From NCBI GenBank assembly GCA_951406725.2, contig OX597819.1, positions 25,068,001 to 25,130,000 on the forward strand: a stretch of 62,000 nucleotides of DNA. The letters are read 5' to 3'. The position numbers and the translations under genes are program-made. This DNA is from Octopus vulgaris (Eukaryota). Of the stretch, positions 24,491-37,747 are shown piece after piece; the stretch's first letter is position 1; every line of letters begins with the position of its first letter. A model generated the notes under the pieces. It was not told the DNA's origin, did no database searches, and was given only the letters and a program-made list of their open reading frames with translations.

Positions 24491-25115
24491 ATAGTTTTGT
24501 TTCAGCTGAGCTAATCCTCCTTATTATACGTTGAAAGTATTTAACAACATTTCTTCTGGAGAATACATCGACATTATAATATTCAACATTAAACTAACAA
24601 ACCATAGATTAAAAGCAAATTCTTTCACCAAGCTCCATTCCATTATATTGGAGAAATATTTTATGTTAGTTTACTCATCTCTACCCTGCCCACCAACCCA
24701 CAGCAAGAAAGTTGTTAGATCTCCAGAAAGAAGTGTAGACATTTATAGGTGATTAGGAGCTGAAAGAAAACATTCACTCTAACGATTAGGACCTCAGAGG
24801 AAGAAAAACTGCCCCATAAAATAACAAGAAAGAAAAGTAAATATAAAACTAAGAAAATGATAAATGATAAATGAAACAGTTTGAAAATTGTACCTATGTT
24901 TTAAGGAGTTAGATGTTTCTTTTATCAATGTTAATAACTGTGAAATATTTTATTTATTTATTTCTACCTTCTTTATATTATTTCTTACACACTCTCCAAC
25001 ATTATCAATACTCTTCCTCACATACACTCTCTCACTACACACATGCACACACACATATGTGCATATATATTCATTCACGCAGAAATACATACAAATGTGT
25101 GTGTATGTATATGTT

Positions 25116-25180
<65 letters not shown>

Positions 25181-25460
25181 ATATATATATATATATATGT
25201 ATGTGTGTATATATATATATATATATACAGAGAGAGAGAGTCTGTGTGTGTTCTGTCTCTGTTATTCGCTCTCTCTCTCTTTCTAACATTTTCTTGTCTT
25301 TATCATCAGTACCATAAACTTCTTTTTCATTTACTTGGCTGAGACAGGGGGGAGCAACCATGATCTTTGACACCTCTCTTTCCCTCTCAGGCCAGTGAAA
25401 TCGATGTTGTTCACGTTGAGTTTGAACTTTTGTAGCTTGATGATATTTGTAGATAATACT

Positions 25461-25495
<35 letters not shown>

Positions 25496-26736
25496 CTGTG
25501 TGTGTGTGTGCATCTGTGTGTATGCATGCATATATGTGTTGTGGTTAGTGGAAAGTATGATGGCCAGAAAATATGCTGGTTGTAACAGTGAGAAGCGATG
25601 CTTAGGGAAATCATGTTGGTTAAGGAGCGGTGTGTTGGAAGTCTCTCTTCTAAGTTAATTGAGACCTTTTTTTTTTAATGTTGCAGAAACCTCAGCTGTC
25701 ATTTATAAAGTAATGAAGTTGGATGACTGTGTAAAGCACCAGTAATATCTGAACTATGTAGACACTTTATCTGGTAGAAATAGCAACCAAGTCTTCCTCA
25801 AATCATACCTTGCTATTTTAGAAACAGATTAATACATTGGACAATCTAGTCCTAGATATTCAGAAATACTGAATGGTTACAAGAGAAACACCTGGGATGA
25901 TAGACCTGCTCTGTTGGTGCTCACCTGTTGTATGAACATGAATTACAATAATTATAACATGAATTACAATAACTATAACAGAATATTTTGCATCAGTTTC
26001 ATAGATGTATAAGATTGATTAATTAACTAGTATGTATCTCATACTTGTTTTATTGTCCCTGGCAGAGAATAGTAGTTGCTGTTGGGATTTGAACATAAAA
26101 AGAAATTAGTAAATACTGAATAACATTTAGTACGTTATTTGTTTGTTTCAGCCACTCTATTGTCTTAATAATAGTGATGATGATGATGATGATGATTATG
26201 TCTACCATAACCACAATGTTAAACACTTTGGGGAATCAGTAAATGTCACTTTAAATTGATGCCATCACTTGGTTATGTACTTATTATCAACCTGGGCAAG
26301 ATTAAATGCAAAGGTGACCTCAATGAGATGTGAGGAGAGAACATAAAGTGATGTAACTTAATACTACAAACTATTTTGTTCAGTACCCTATTGAGCCCAT
26401 CATCGCTGCTAATGAATCTGTTATTTACCACCCAAAATAATCTGTCACTTAGCGCAATAATAATAATAATAGCAATTGCTTTTTATATTCAGGCTCAAGA
26501 CCAGTAAGTAAATTTTAAGAGAATTGGTTTACACTATACCATTCACCACAGTAGATGACTGGTTCTTTATTTCAACAGCCTTGAAAAGATGAAAAGCAAA
26601 GTTGACCTCAGCAGTATTTGAAATCAATAATAATAATAATGAATTGTCATAGAGGGCAATTGTGAAAATGTAGGGGAAGCTTTTTAATCCACTCAATGTG
26701 CTACAACCTGTCTAGTGCTGGAGTTGCAATGATAAA

Positions 26737-27124
26737 GTGGAGGCGCAATGGCTCAGTGGTTAGGGCAGCAGACTCGCGGTCATAGGATCGCGGTTTCGAT
26801 TCCCAGACCGGGCGTTGTGAGTATTTATTGAGCGAAAACACCTAAAGCTCCACGAGGCTCTGGCAGGGGATGGTGGTGATCCCTGCTGTACTCTTTCACC
26901 ACAACTTTCTCTCACTCTTACTTCCTGTTTCTGTTGTACCTGTATTTCAAAGGGCCGGCCTTGTCACTCTCTGTGTCATGCTGAATATCCCCGAGAACTA
27001 TGTTAAAGGTACACGTGTCTGTGGAGTGCTCAGCCACTTACACGTTAATTTCACGAGCAGGCTGTTCCGTTGGTTCGGATCAACCAGAACCCTCATCGTC
27101 GTAACCGATGGAGTGCTTCCACAC
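26737..27124 (+). mobile_element. tRNA-headed SINE family C (possible Deu/Nin-like body) with 11-bp TSD
   Basis: A box TGGCTCAGTGG, B-box-like GGTTTCGATTCC; TSD GCAATGATAAA at 26726-26736 and 27125-27135; three more copies in the window. Domain name is tentative. Confidence 0.9.
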
Positions 27125-28030
27125 GCAATGATAAAATACATTTAGTCAACTGGTTAAAGTGGTTGGAACCAAGAAAAGTATTCAGCCATAGAGACCATAT
27201 CAAAACTTGGACCCTGCAAATCACATCATGCCGTAACCGTTTAGGCGGGTAGTAATTCCAAATAAGGAGTGACACACAATGGAAATGTGTCAGTGTTGCT
27301 TCTTACATAAGACAACTGGTTTCTATAGTCAATGGCCTGATAAGATGTACACTGTAAAATTGTTGTCAATAGGAAAGGAATTCAGGTTTGGATAATAGGC
27401 CAAAATGGAACATTTAAGTGAGATGTGGAGACTGAAAGCTGCTTTGTAGGCAACTGTCTAGAAGGACAGTAACTCTGAGTAAGTTAGAGAGGACTCTTTA
27501 GTCTTATTCACTTGTAACTATTTTTTATGCCAGTAGAATGACAGAATGCATCCAGTCAAATCTACAAGATATTCACGACACCAAATGTGTATACAAGATG
27601 ATGTGGACTATGACAACCCACTTAACCCATGCCAATATGGTAGAAAACATACAGTGAAGATGATGATGATGATATTGATAATTTTGAGGAAGTTTCAGTG
27701 CAGTTTGTACAAAAGGGAGGTCAAATACCTAGTATTAATTCTAGGATGTTACTAGCCATTTTATGAACTTGTCTGATGTTTGAATTCAAATTGTAGGATG
27801 GCAGAACTTAATCATATAAATCATTTAGTTTGGCGCTTAAACTGTTTATTTCACTTCAGTTTGTCATTACTTGTCATTGTTTACAGTTATTGGTGAAAGC
27901 ATCTGGAGAGTTTGGATAAAATGGTCTTTGAATCCATTTACATTCTGTTTGAAACCCCATTGGGAGCCATTTTTTTTTTTTTTTTTTGCATCCTTGACCG
28001 TTTTTGAACTCAGAATGTAAAATGTTGAAG

Positions 28031-28313
28031 ATATTTTCCTCAACAGGCCCTGCCCTATTTAACATTGTCTCGAAGGAGATCAAAGAGGAAAAGGATCCCA
28101 TCAACTTTAAACAGAGTCTGGATAGATTCCTTCAAAGAATACCAGATAAGCCACCCATAATTGGATACAACTCACCCAACAAGAACTCACTACTTGAACA
28201 AAACTTGCCTTAAACAGGATTCGCATAATCCTATCAGGTGGTGCTATTAAGTTAGACATGGCCTGGACCAATCTTTGGTCGAAACATATCTAAGTTTATC
28301 TAAGTTTAAGTTT
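28031..28313 (+). mobile_element. CR1-group LINE 3' end (RT C-terminus, 3' UTR, short tandem tail)
   Basis: FSSTGPALFNIVSKEIKEEKDPINFKQSLDRFLQRIPDKP...GY...NSLL matches the CR1-like C-terminal pattern GP.LFN.LP..IR...FK..LD.FL..IPD.P; tail ATCTAAGTTT x2 + AAGTTT. Confidence 0.8.
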
Positions 28314-28957
28314 ATACTGCAAAGCATTTTTTAGCTCTGATCTAACAATTCTGCTAATCCATCAACTTGATGATAATAAATACCTCACATTAACATAAGT
28401 TCTGAAGTTTTTTTTTAAGGATGTAAACAGTGATTAAATCAACCCCAGTACTTGACTGGTACTCTATTTTAGCTATCCTGGAGCGATGAAGTGAAGTCGA
28501 CTTTGTTAAGACAAGTTCAGATGTCACTATATGCCTGGTACTTAGTTTATAAATTCTAGAATGAAGAACGTCTTCATAGTTGCATAAAAAAGTTTAGAAC
28601 TATGAACATCACTAATATCAATTTCACCTTCCTTGAAAATCCAAGGCTTCATTGCCTACATAAGCTTATGTTAGAAATATAATAGGGAGAGGGGTGGGTA
28701 ATTGAGTAACATAGACCCTAAGCGTGTGTGCATGTGTGTGTGTGTGTGAGCATGATTACAAATATGGATGCTTATAAATGAAGGTGAGAGAGTGAAGAGA
28801 AATGTTAGTGTGTAGAAAAAGAAGAAAAGTTGTTAGGGAAGAAAAGTATAAGTTTATTGGAGAGGAAGAGGTGGGGGTTATTGGATTAAGCAGTTATTGC
28901 AAGCACACACATACACATGCATACATGCATACACGGAATGAGAGAATGATAAGCTAT

Positions 28958-28992
<35 letters not shown>

Positions 28993-30940
28993 AAGAAGGA
29001 GAGATCAAACAATCACTTGATGAAGAAGGGACAGGGAGTGATAGGTTATTTGATGAAAAGAGAGGTAAGGTTTTGTAGTAGAGAGAACATTTTTGCATTG
29101 GAAGTAGAGAAGGTTTATTGAGATGGTGGGGTTGAGAGAATGGATAGCTTATTGACTTGTACAGAGAAGCGAAAAGAGCTGATGATGTCTTATTGTAAGG
29201 AGAAAGAGAAGGGAAGCAAATGGAAAATTTTTTGGATTGGATATAGTGTTTAGAGTGTAAGAGATAGGTTGGTGGAAGAGAGAGAGAGAGAGAGAGAGAG
29301 CATACATTGTATTGAATGGAAAGAAAGTGTAAAAGTTGAATTGGGGAATATAAAGGAATGGGAAGAAAGCAATGTGGGTGTTAGGTAACAGAGAGAGAGA
29401 GAGAGAGAGAGAGAAACTGTGTTTGTATTTGCATGTTCTCAGCTGTGTGAGTTATGTATACATATGTCATCTGTGTGTATAAGACTTTGGGTTTATGTAC
29501 TTGTTTGAAGAGATTGGATACAGAAAGGGAGAGAGAGAGAGAGATAAGTGGGTGGATCAAGCAAGCAGTTATTAGGCAATTTAAGAGATGGAGAGGAGGA
29601 GGAGGGGGAAATGGGAGTGGGGGGCAATATACAGGTAACTGTTGGTGGAAGAGGTGATAGATGATCAAAACTAAATAGATACCTCCTCCTCCTCCTCCTC
29701 CTCTTCATTCTCCTCCTCTCCCAAATAGGAGGAAGAGGAGGAGGGAACTGATCGAAGAAGGAAATATGAATATAATTTTAATACATCTTTGAGGCATTTC
29801 TCTTTTCCTCTCCTCCTACTCCTCTGCCTTTCACTCATTTTTATTCTCCACCATTTTCTTAATTCTCTTATTTTTTCTCCTTTTTCTTCTGTTTTTTTCT
29901 TTTCCTTTCTTTTTTCTATCTTTATACTTCTCTTTCTTTTTCTCCTCCTTATTTCTTTTCTTTTCTTTTTTTTCTTCATCACCATTTTATATTTGTTTTA
30001 TATTTTTTTACTATTATATATTCTGTTTATATTTGTGTTTTATTTATTGACTTTTGATTATTATTCCAGATTTTCTTTCTGTTTCCATGTATTTTTTTTT
30101 CTTCTTTGTTTTAGTTAGTTAGTTTGTTTGTTTGTTTGTTTATTTGCTTATTTGTTTGTGTTCTCAGTTCAAATGTTATCTCTGGATGTGTTTCAGCTGC
30201 AGTCAAATCCAGGCAAATCGATGGGGTTTACAGAACTTGGCCGCCGATGCAAGAAGAAAGAATTACATCCTGGCCCTCAGCATCTTTACCACTATCACCA
30301 ACGCTACCAACGAACAACAGTAATACCAACAACAACAACAACAACAATAAATAATTAATCAAAACTCAAAGAAAAGACAAATGCATTTTCTTTCCAAGAC
30401 GCAACTTACCATTGCAACTACAGAGGATTGTACCATTACTGCTATTCAGGAATAATAATATATTATTAAATATATATATATATAATATATATTGCATTTA
30501 TATATATTATATTTATACATGCAATATACTTTTGTGATTGAGTTGAAACACTTGAATTAGGATCACCATTGGATACCAAATTATACATCTACTAAAGAAA
30601 CACCCCACTAGTTCCATTTTTTTGGAATCTGTTTGAGCCAAATATAATTCTCCACTTTCCTTGTCTTTTTTTTTTTTCATCCATATTTGGTCTTTTATTT
30701 ATTTGATTGTTTGTTTACTTTTTGTAATTAAACAAAAAGTTGTTGCCACCAGTCCAGCCTATCACTATCCTGTACTATCTATAACTACTGTCCAATGCAG
30801 TCTGAGCCATAATATTACTAAAAAGAGGGTAGTGCTTTTCAAGTAAGAATTTCAACCACCACCATCACCACCACCACCACTATCACCGCCAAGGTATTGA
30901 GTTAACGGAGGAGAAATGTCTGTAAAATTACCTGTCGACG

Positions 30941-31085
30941 ATGCTTAGTCTACTAGTAAAGAGCCGGACACGACTGTCACCTATGAAATTACAACTTCAC
31001 TTGGCTCTCATTCTGTTCACTTTCACATTTCTACACACAGTGACTAGTTACTCTCCAGGGGATTATCGCTATATTTCTTATGATG
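30941..31085 (+). CDS. Putative first coding exon of a secreted or membrane protein (signal peptide), phase-1 donor
   Basis: MLSLLVKSRTRLSP-MKLQLHLALILFTFTFLHTVTS-YSPGDYRYISYD(G): hydrophobic core and plausible cleavage after VTS, followed by G|GTAAGT at 31086. ATG at 30941 or in-frame 30983. Unique sequence. Confidence 0.6.
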
Positions 31086-32085
31086 GTAAGTTATTCAGTT
31101 TATTTATTTCATTTATTGGTTTATTTGTTATTCTATTTGCTGCTTTTTAAATGTGTGTTTTTGAATTTTTTTTTTTTTTTCATGTTTTTAGTCAGTGGAT
31201 TCCAGTCAAGTTTGGGCACCGTCTGCCTGGGTTTAAAAATCCATTGTGTAGATTCCATTATTTATTTCAGCCTAGTATTTATTTCATGGATTTCTGTTGA
31301 ATCCGTTAACTTAAGGGATTCAGCAAAAATCCATGAAACCCATCACATGCATTGTGTGTGTTTTATAGAAGGGGTTCGTACTTCCCCTCATTTTCACATG
31401 TGTTCACTGGTTGTAAACAAATGGCCTTGCTGTTCATTCGGACAATGTCAATTTGCATGCAATCACCACAAAGCGCATATCCAGGTTTCTTGACATTCCT
31501 TGTCATGTTGTGCGATCTTTGTTGACAAAAAGACACCTTCACACGAAATCATTTACTTTCACTTCTTTGCGTAAACACGTTTGGCCTGTTTGTTGTTTGA
31601 TTGCTTGGGAGAGTATTACGGTTCATGGAATCGGGTAGGGATTGGTGTTGGAAAGGACAACTGGCTAGAAAACTCTACCTCTATGTGGACACTAGCCTGT
31701 CTCATGCAAGCATGGAAAAGTAGAGGTTAAAATGATCATGATGATGATACATATTTATATGTAGGTGTATACATATATATATACGCACATGGATCTTTGA
31801 GTTATTGAGAAAGCTACAAAAATTGCTATTACAAATATAAAATAAAAATTTTCACTTTTTCAGTACTCAACCCCCACCACACAGACACACACACACAAAG
31901 ACTTTTTTTTTTTTGTTATCAATGTTACAAAACCTATTTTTTTGTTAATATCCTTTTAAGCTATAAGTTGATAATCTTTGCTGAAGATGTAGTAACCATT
32001 TTGATTCCTGCCATAATCCCATCTTTAGTCTCAAGCATGTTCTGTCCTCGAATACTTTATCCAATGTGTCCTTTTTGAAAATCAA

Positions 32086-32251
32086 TAAGACGTAGGAGTG
32101 GCTGTGTGGTAAATAGCTTGCTTACGAATCACATGGTTCTGGGTTCAGTCCCACTGCGTGGCACCTTGGGTAAGTGTCTTCTACTATAGCCTCCGTCCGA
32201 CCAAAGCCTTGTGAGTGGATTTGGTAGACGGAAACTGAAAGAAGCTTGTCG

Positions 32252-32298
<47 letters not shown>

Positions 32299-32511
32299 TT
32301 GTGTTTCTGTGTTTGTCCCCTCAACATCACTTGACAGCTGATGCTGGTGTGTTTATGTCTCCGTAACTTAGCCGTTCAGCAATAGAAACCAATAGAATAA
32401 GTACTAGGCTTACAAAGAATAAGTCCTGGGGTCGATTTGCTCGACTAAAGGCGGTGCTCCAGCATGGGCACAGTCAAATGACTGAAACAAGTAATAGGGC
32501 AAAAGAGTAAA
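32086..32511 (+). mobile_element. Family A composite CORE-like SINE
   Basis: Head, CACCTTGGGTAAGTGTCTT core, (TA)(TG) tract and 3' module. Confidence 0.9.
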
Positions 32512-33154
32512 GGTATAATAAATGGAGAATTTGACTGTTATTTTCAGTAGGTCAAGCAATCATTTAGAAGTTTTGTTGTTGGCTGAATTGACTATATTTG
32601 TTATTGTTGTTGTTGTTGTTTAATCCCAGCTTATTCCTGATTAAGCAAACTTGTTTTTCTATTCTTTTTCTTATTCCACTCATTGTACTGTGGCCATATT
32701 GGGGCACCACCCCATAGAGTTTAGTTGATCAAATTATCCTTAGTACTTATGAGGTGTATCATTCTATTAGTTTCTTTTTGCCAAGCCACTAAGTTATAAG
32801 GATGCAAACAAACCAACAGCAGTTGTCATGCAATAAGAGCCGAATACAAAGAACTCTCTCTCTCTCTGACACACACACACATATACACACATAGCATTTC
32901 CACACAGATTTTTTTCTCCTAGATATTTTCACTAAGTCCTTGGTCAGCTCAGGGCTTTTATATAATAGAAGATACTTGCTCAAGGTGCCATGTACTGGGA
33001 TTGAACTTAAAACACAACCATGCTTGCATCTAGCCATGATCAACTATATTCCCTCATCTTTTGCATCTCTGATGTGTGAGAGATTTAGTTGTAATGTATT
33101 GAGCAATCGAGCAATGTTATTGAAGCTCCATGATTTAACCCAGGTAAAAGAATA

Positions 33155-33543
33155 TGGATGGAAGCACTCCGTCGGTTACGACGATGAGGGTTCCGGTTGA
33201 TCCGAATCAACGGAACAGCCTGCTCGTGAAATTAACGTGTAAGTGGCTGAGCACTCCACAGACACGTGTACCCTTAACGTAGTTCTGAGGGATATTCAGC
33301 GTGACACAGAGAGTGACAAGGCCGGCCCCTTGAAATACAGGTACAACAGAAACAGGAAGTAAGAGTGAGAGAAAGTTGTGGTGAAAGAGTACAGCAGGGA
33401 TCACCACCATCCCTGCTGGAGCCTCGTGGAGCTTTTAGGTGTTTTCGCTCAATAAACACTCACAACGCCCGGTCTGGGAATCGAAACTGCGATCCTATGA
33501 CCGCGAGTCCGCTGCCCTAACCACTGGGCCATTGCGCCTCCAC
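33155..33543 (-). mobile_element. Family C SINE
   Basis: Reverse complement of 26737-27124; (TCCA)n-type tail. Confidence 0.9.
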
Positions 33544-34060
33544 AAAAATGAATATATGGAGAAGTTGTATCTTCAGTGTGGAATAATGCTGATTAAAACA
33601 TGTACATAAAACAACAACAAAAAAACTCTTTATAATCTCGGGTTTATAATCAAAATTATCAGTCTAATCTATTTGAGGTAATATACATTGTACTTCATCA
33701 TTTTGGCTTTGGCAGTATGTAGTATAGTGTTCTCAACATGTGTAGGATTAAGTTCATAGACCTTGTTCTATGGTCATAATCCTTTCTGACTGGACATTTC
33801 ATTGGTCACTTAGAAGGAAGTATTTCAAGAGAGATGTTTCAATAACCATAAGAGGTAGTTTCCAATGAGTTTATTATAAGTTAAACAAGTGAATATATAG
33901 AGGACCAAACAAAATTGTACTTGCTTTATTTATTGTTGTGGCTGTCGTCATTTTACTTCAGGTCACTACTGATTGAATAGCCAGACCTATGGTCAAAGCA
34001 ACAACCATCTTGCCCTCAATTTTTATTTACTTACTTATTCAATTATCTATTTGTTTCTTC

Positions 34061-34268
34061 ACTCTTTTACTTGTTTCAGTCCATTTGACTGCGGCCATGC
34101 TGGAGCACCGCCTTTAGTCGAGCAACTCGACCTCGGGACTTATTCTTTTTATAAGCCCAGTACTTATTCTATCGGTCTCTTTTTGCCGAACCGCTAAGTG
34201 ACGGGGACGTAAACACACCAGCATCGGTTGTCAAGCAATGCTAGGGGGACAAACACAGACACACAAAC

Positions 34269-34299
<31 letters not shown>

Positions 34300-34465
34300 C
34301 ATATATACGACAGGCTTCCTTCAGTTTCCGTCTACCAAATCCACTCACAAGGCATTGGTCGGCCCGGGGCTATAGCAGAGGACACTTGCCCAAGATGCCA
34401 CGCAGTGGGACTGAACCCGGAACCATGTGGTTGGTTAGCAAGCTACTTACCACACAGCTACTCCT
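34061..34465 (-). mobile_element. Family A composite CORE-like SINE
   Basis: Full modular alignment with other family A copies. Confidence 0.9.
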
Positions 34466-34859
34466 TTGTTTCTTTTCTTTTTTTTGTTAGGCATACCATA
34501 TCTAGGACTACCTTATCCTTTTATTTAAAAGTGATAAGATAAGATATGATATGAGCTATTTCTAGCAACTGAAGTGACCACATTGGCTTGTGTTTAATTT
34601 ATGTGTGCGAGGGAAGTCTTGTTGTTCAATATAGACCTCTAAGTTGGTGCAGCTTAGTGGAGGTGTGTGTGCATACATGTGCATTAGGGAGTATATATAC
34701 ATGTTTGCATTTGTATGCATGTATACTAGTGTCAGTTACATTTTTTTACCCCGCTCTGAAATGTGATATTCTCCTCTTAGTCTAGCATTAAAAAAGTTTC
34801 AACTTTTATACCAGTTGGACTAAATGTAATTAAAGTAAAGCCTATTGCTGGATATGAAG

Positions 34860-35140
34860 GAAAGAGCAGTATCCCATGGCCTTCACAGTTCCTCTGAGGC
34901 TGGTGAGATTGATGCTGTTAATGTTCCTCTCCAACCATTGTAAGTAACATCCGTGGGAAAGAGGATAGGGAACTCAAGAGAATTGATGTTCTGAGAAGAA
35001 AGGACTGGCATAGGGATTAGTGTGGGGTGCCAAGGATGTTGGACACAAAACAAGGCAGGTTACAAACCAGAGGAAGAAAGACAAGCAGGGTGGGAAATGG
35101 AAATGACAGGAACTTGGCTACTTCCAGTGAGCAGAGAACA
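34860..35140 (-). mobile_element. Degraded L2/CR1-group LINE 3' fragment
   Basis: Frameshifted minus-strand translation approximates SFF..TS.LWN.LP..IFP..Y....RNIN.INL; heavily decayed. Confidence 0.3.
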
Positions 35141-35188
<48 letters not shown>

Positions 35189-35189
35189 A

Positions 35190-35420
35190 AGGTGGCGAGC
35201 TGGTTGAATTGTTAGCAAGCCGGGTGAAATGCTTAGCGGTATTTTGTCTGCCGTTATGGTCTGAGTTCAAATTCCGCCGAGGTCGACTTTGCCTTTCATC
35301 CTTTCGGGGTCGATAAATTAAGTACCAGTTATGCACTGGGGTCGATGTAATCGACTTAATCCCTTTGTCTGTCCTTGTTTGTCCCCTTTATGTTTAGCTC
35401 CTTGTGGGCAATAAAGAAAT

Positions 35421-35422
<2 letters not shown>
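35190..35422 (+). mobile_element. Family B (Meta-like) SINE inside an (AGT)n microsatellite
   Basis: Aligns to 4301-4523; (AGT)n directly on both flanks. Confidence 0.9.
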
Positions 35423-35453
<31 letters not shown>

Positions 35454-36628
35454 ACAAAGCAAGGAGAGGAGATTGTATGTTCGTGGCTAGAAACTGAAAC
35501 ACATCTGTGAGTGACTTTATGTCAGGTGAGCTTTTCTGGTTACAGTTTAGGGATGTCTGCATGTGTATAATGGTAACTGTACTCTCCTTCATATGGAAGC
35601 AATACTCTCTGGTGAGCTTCACCTGAGTATCTAGAGTGTCAATAATTGTTTGGGGATGAAATATTTTCTGGCTTTGAAAAAAATGCCCATAGTTTTCTAA
35701 ACAATGGATCTAGAGACATAGTCTTTACTGATACATTAATACTAATAGCATGTGTTTGTATGTGTGTATGTACTGTGTTTTCTAGCATGCAAGTTAACAT
35801 GCTATATAGTAGTGTAAGCATTGAAACACCACCACTATCTTTTCAAATCTTGGTGCATTTTGCATGGAATAAGTCATCTTCATGTATTAGTTGATCTACC
35901 ATTTTTGGCTGAGAATTTTGGCCTGAAAAATCTGAATTGTATACTGGAAAATACAGTATTTATGTATTTGTGGGACCAAATATAAATGTTAGTTTAGTCT
36001 GAGTTTAGTCTAAGTTGTTCCATATATTTAAACAGGATGCTTTACTCCTCCAGTTTAATGAAGTCAATGTTTATTGTGAGTGTGTGTGCATGTGTGTGTG
36101 TGTGTGTATAAGATGTGTCAATATTATTTTTAGGGAATTCTACTTATTCAGTTATACTCTAACATTACAAGCTGTTTGGCTGATAGCTCCTTATTCAGAC
36201 TAGGCTACAGTTGATTTGACATCAGGCAGATGCATGCATATATGCCTGTATGTTGTTTGTATGTGTATATATGCATGTATGTTGTATTTATGTATATATA
36301 AACTCATCTATATACACACTCCTGTACACACAGAATATGAAATCTAATGAGGACTGAGGATATCACTTAATGCCGACTGCAAGACGCAAATGCTATATAG
36401 AATGCTATATAATAGAATGCTATAGAAAGCCTAATAAGCTCTTGACTGAATTCTAAATGATATTGTGTGTGTGCACACATGCTCATGTGAAAATACACAC
36501 ATATATACATACATACACACACACATATCATAATGTACACACATATATACACTCACTTGTGCAGATACATGTTTTTTTATAGCATGCAACCAAGCCACGT
36601 TCTATTCTACATGCATGTGTGTGTACAT

Positions 36629-36720
<92 letters not shown>

Positions 36721-37710
36721 CTATATGTACATAAATAGATATATATTTAAATCAATAACAACAAATTAGCTAAGCTTGATTCCACCTCTTGATAAATAAA
36801 ATAACATCAAACTAAAATCCTATTTTATGGAATAAGTGGGTGGTTAAAGAATTGATTAAGGTAAGTTCTGGTACAAGAACTCTTTTCTACTTGTGTTCAG
36901 CAGACAGTGAAGGAGAATTCTTTTTTTAAGAGAAATCTTTTCATCATCACATTCCATTCTTGTTTTTTTCCTTTTATTATGTTGCTATTTTTGTTTAGAG
37001 TTGCTATCATGTTTTTTTTTGTTTAACTATAAACTCTAATCTCTAAACTGTAGTTTTAGCACAGTCCTAGGCTGTATTAGTAAATCTATTGATTTCAAAC
37101 AAAGTATGAGGTCTCCAATTTAGAGATTAGGTATGATCAGTTTATACTGACCACCCCACCTCAGTATTTGACTGGTACTTCAGTTTATTGAATACCCCAC
37201 CACTAGAAGAATGAAATGCAAAATTGCCTCTTGTGGAATCTGAATTAAAAAGGAATCTTTTTAAAGTTATTTTTTATCAATCTGTTCCATACATTACAGC
37301 CAAGTCTTCAGTTTGAAGATAACTTTCTCACATCCACCCACCAATACTGAAGGCTCTGAAAGGCTGTTGGCACAGGATTTCCTCTTCTTTTAAGCTCATG
37401 TATATTTGTATGTTTAGCATTGAGTGTCAGCAGAAAGAGTAGTGGAAGTCTGCATTATGTTCAATTGTCTGCTCTAGAACATTTTCTATGGCAAGATGCT
37501 CTTCCTGACGCCAAGCACTTCACAGAATGTAATAGATGCCTTTCTTCATAGCACCAACACTATTGAGGTCACCATGTAACTTCCAAGACTAAGATCCCCT
37601 TTGATCAAGTAAGACTATGGAAGAGAAGGTGGCAAGTTTTATGCTATGTGATGAAAGACTTAAGTGACATAAATGTCCAGAACAGGTTTCTTGCTGTATA
37701 TATGTATATG

Positions 37711-37747
<37 letters not shown>

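Noticed and set aside
26737-26815. Apparent tRNA gene (also at 33465-33543, 42822, 51124)
   Set aside because: A/B boxes are present but no proper acceptor stem or Pol III terminator follows; it continues into a 300-bp body with tail and TSDs, so it is a SINE head.
26870-27145. Recurring ORF MVVIPAVLFHHNFLSLLLPVSVVPVFQ... in four places
   Set aside because: The recurrence reflects SINE family C copies, not a gene family.
29671-30118. Lys/Arg/Glu-rich and Phe/Leu-rich ORFs
   Set aside because: Low-complexity T-rich tract read on opposite strands.
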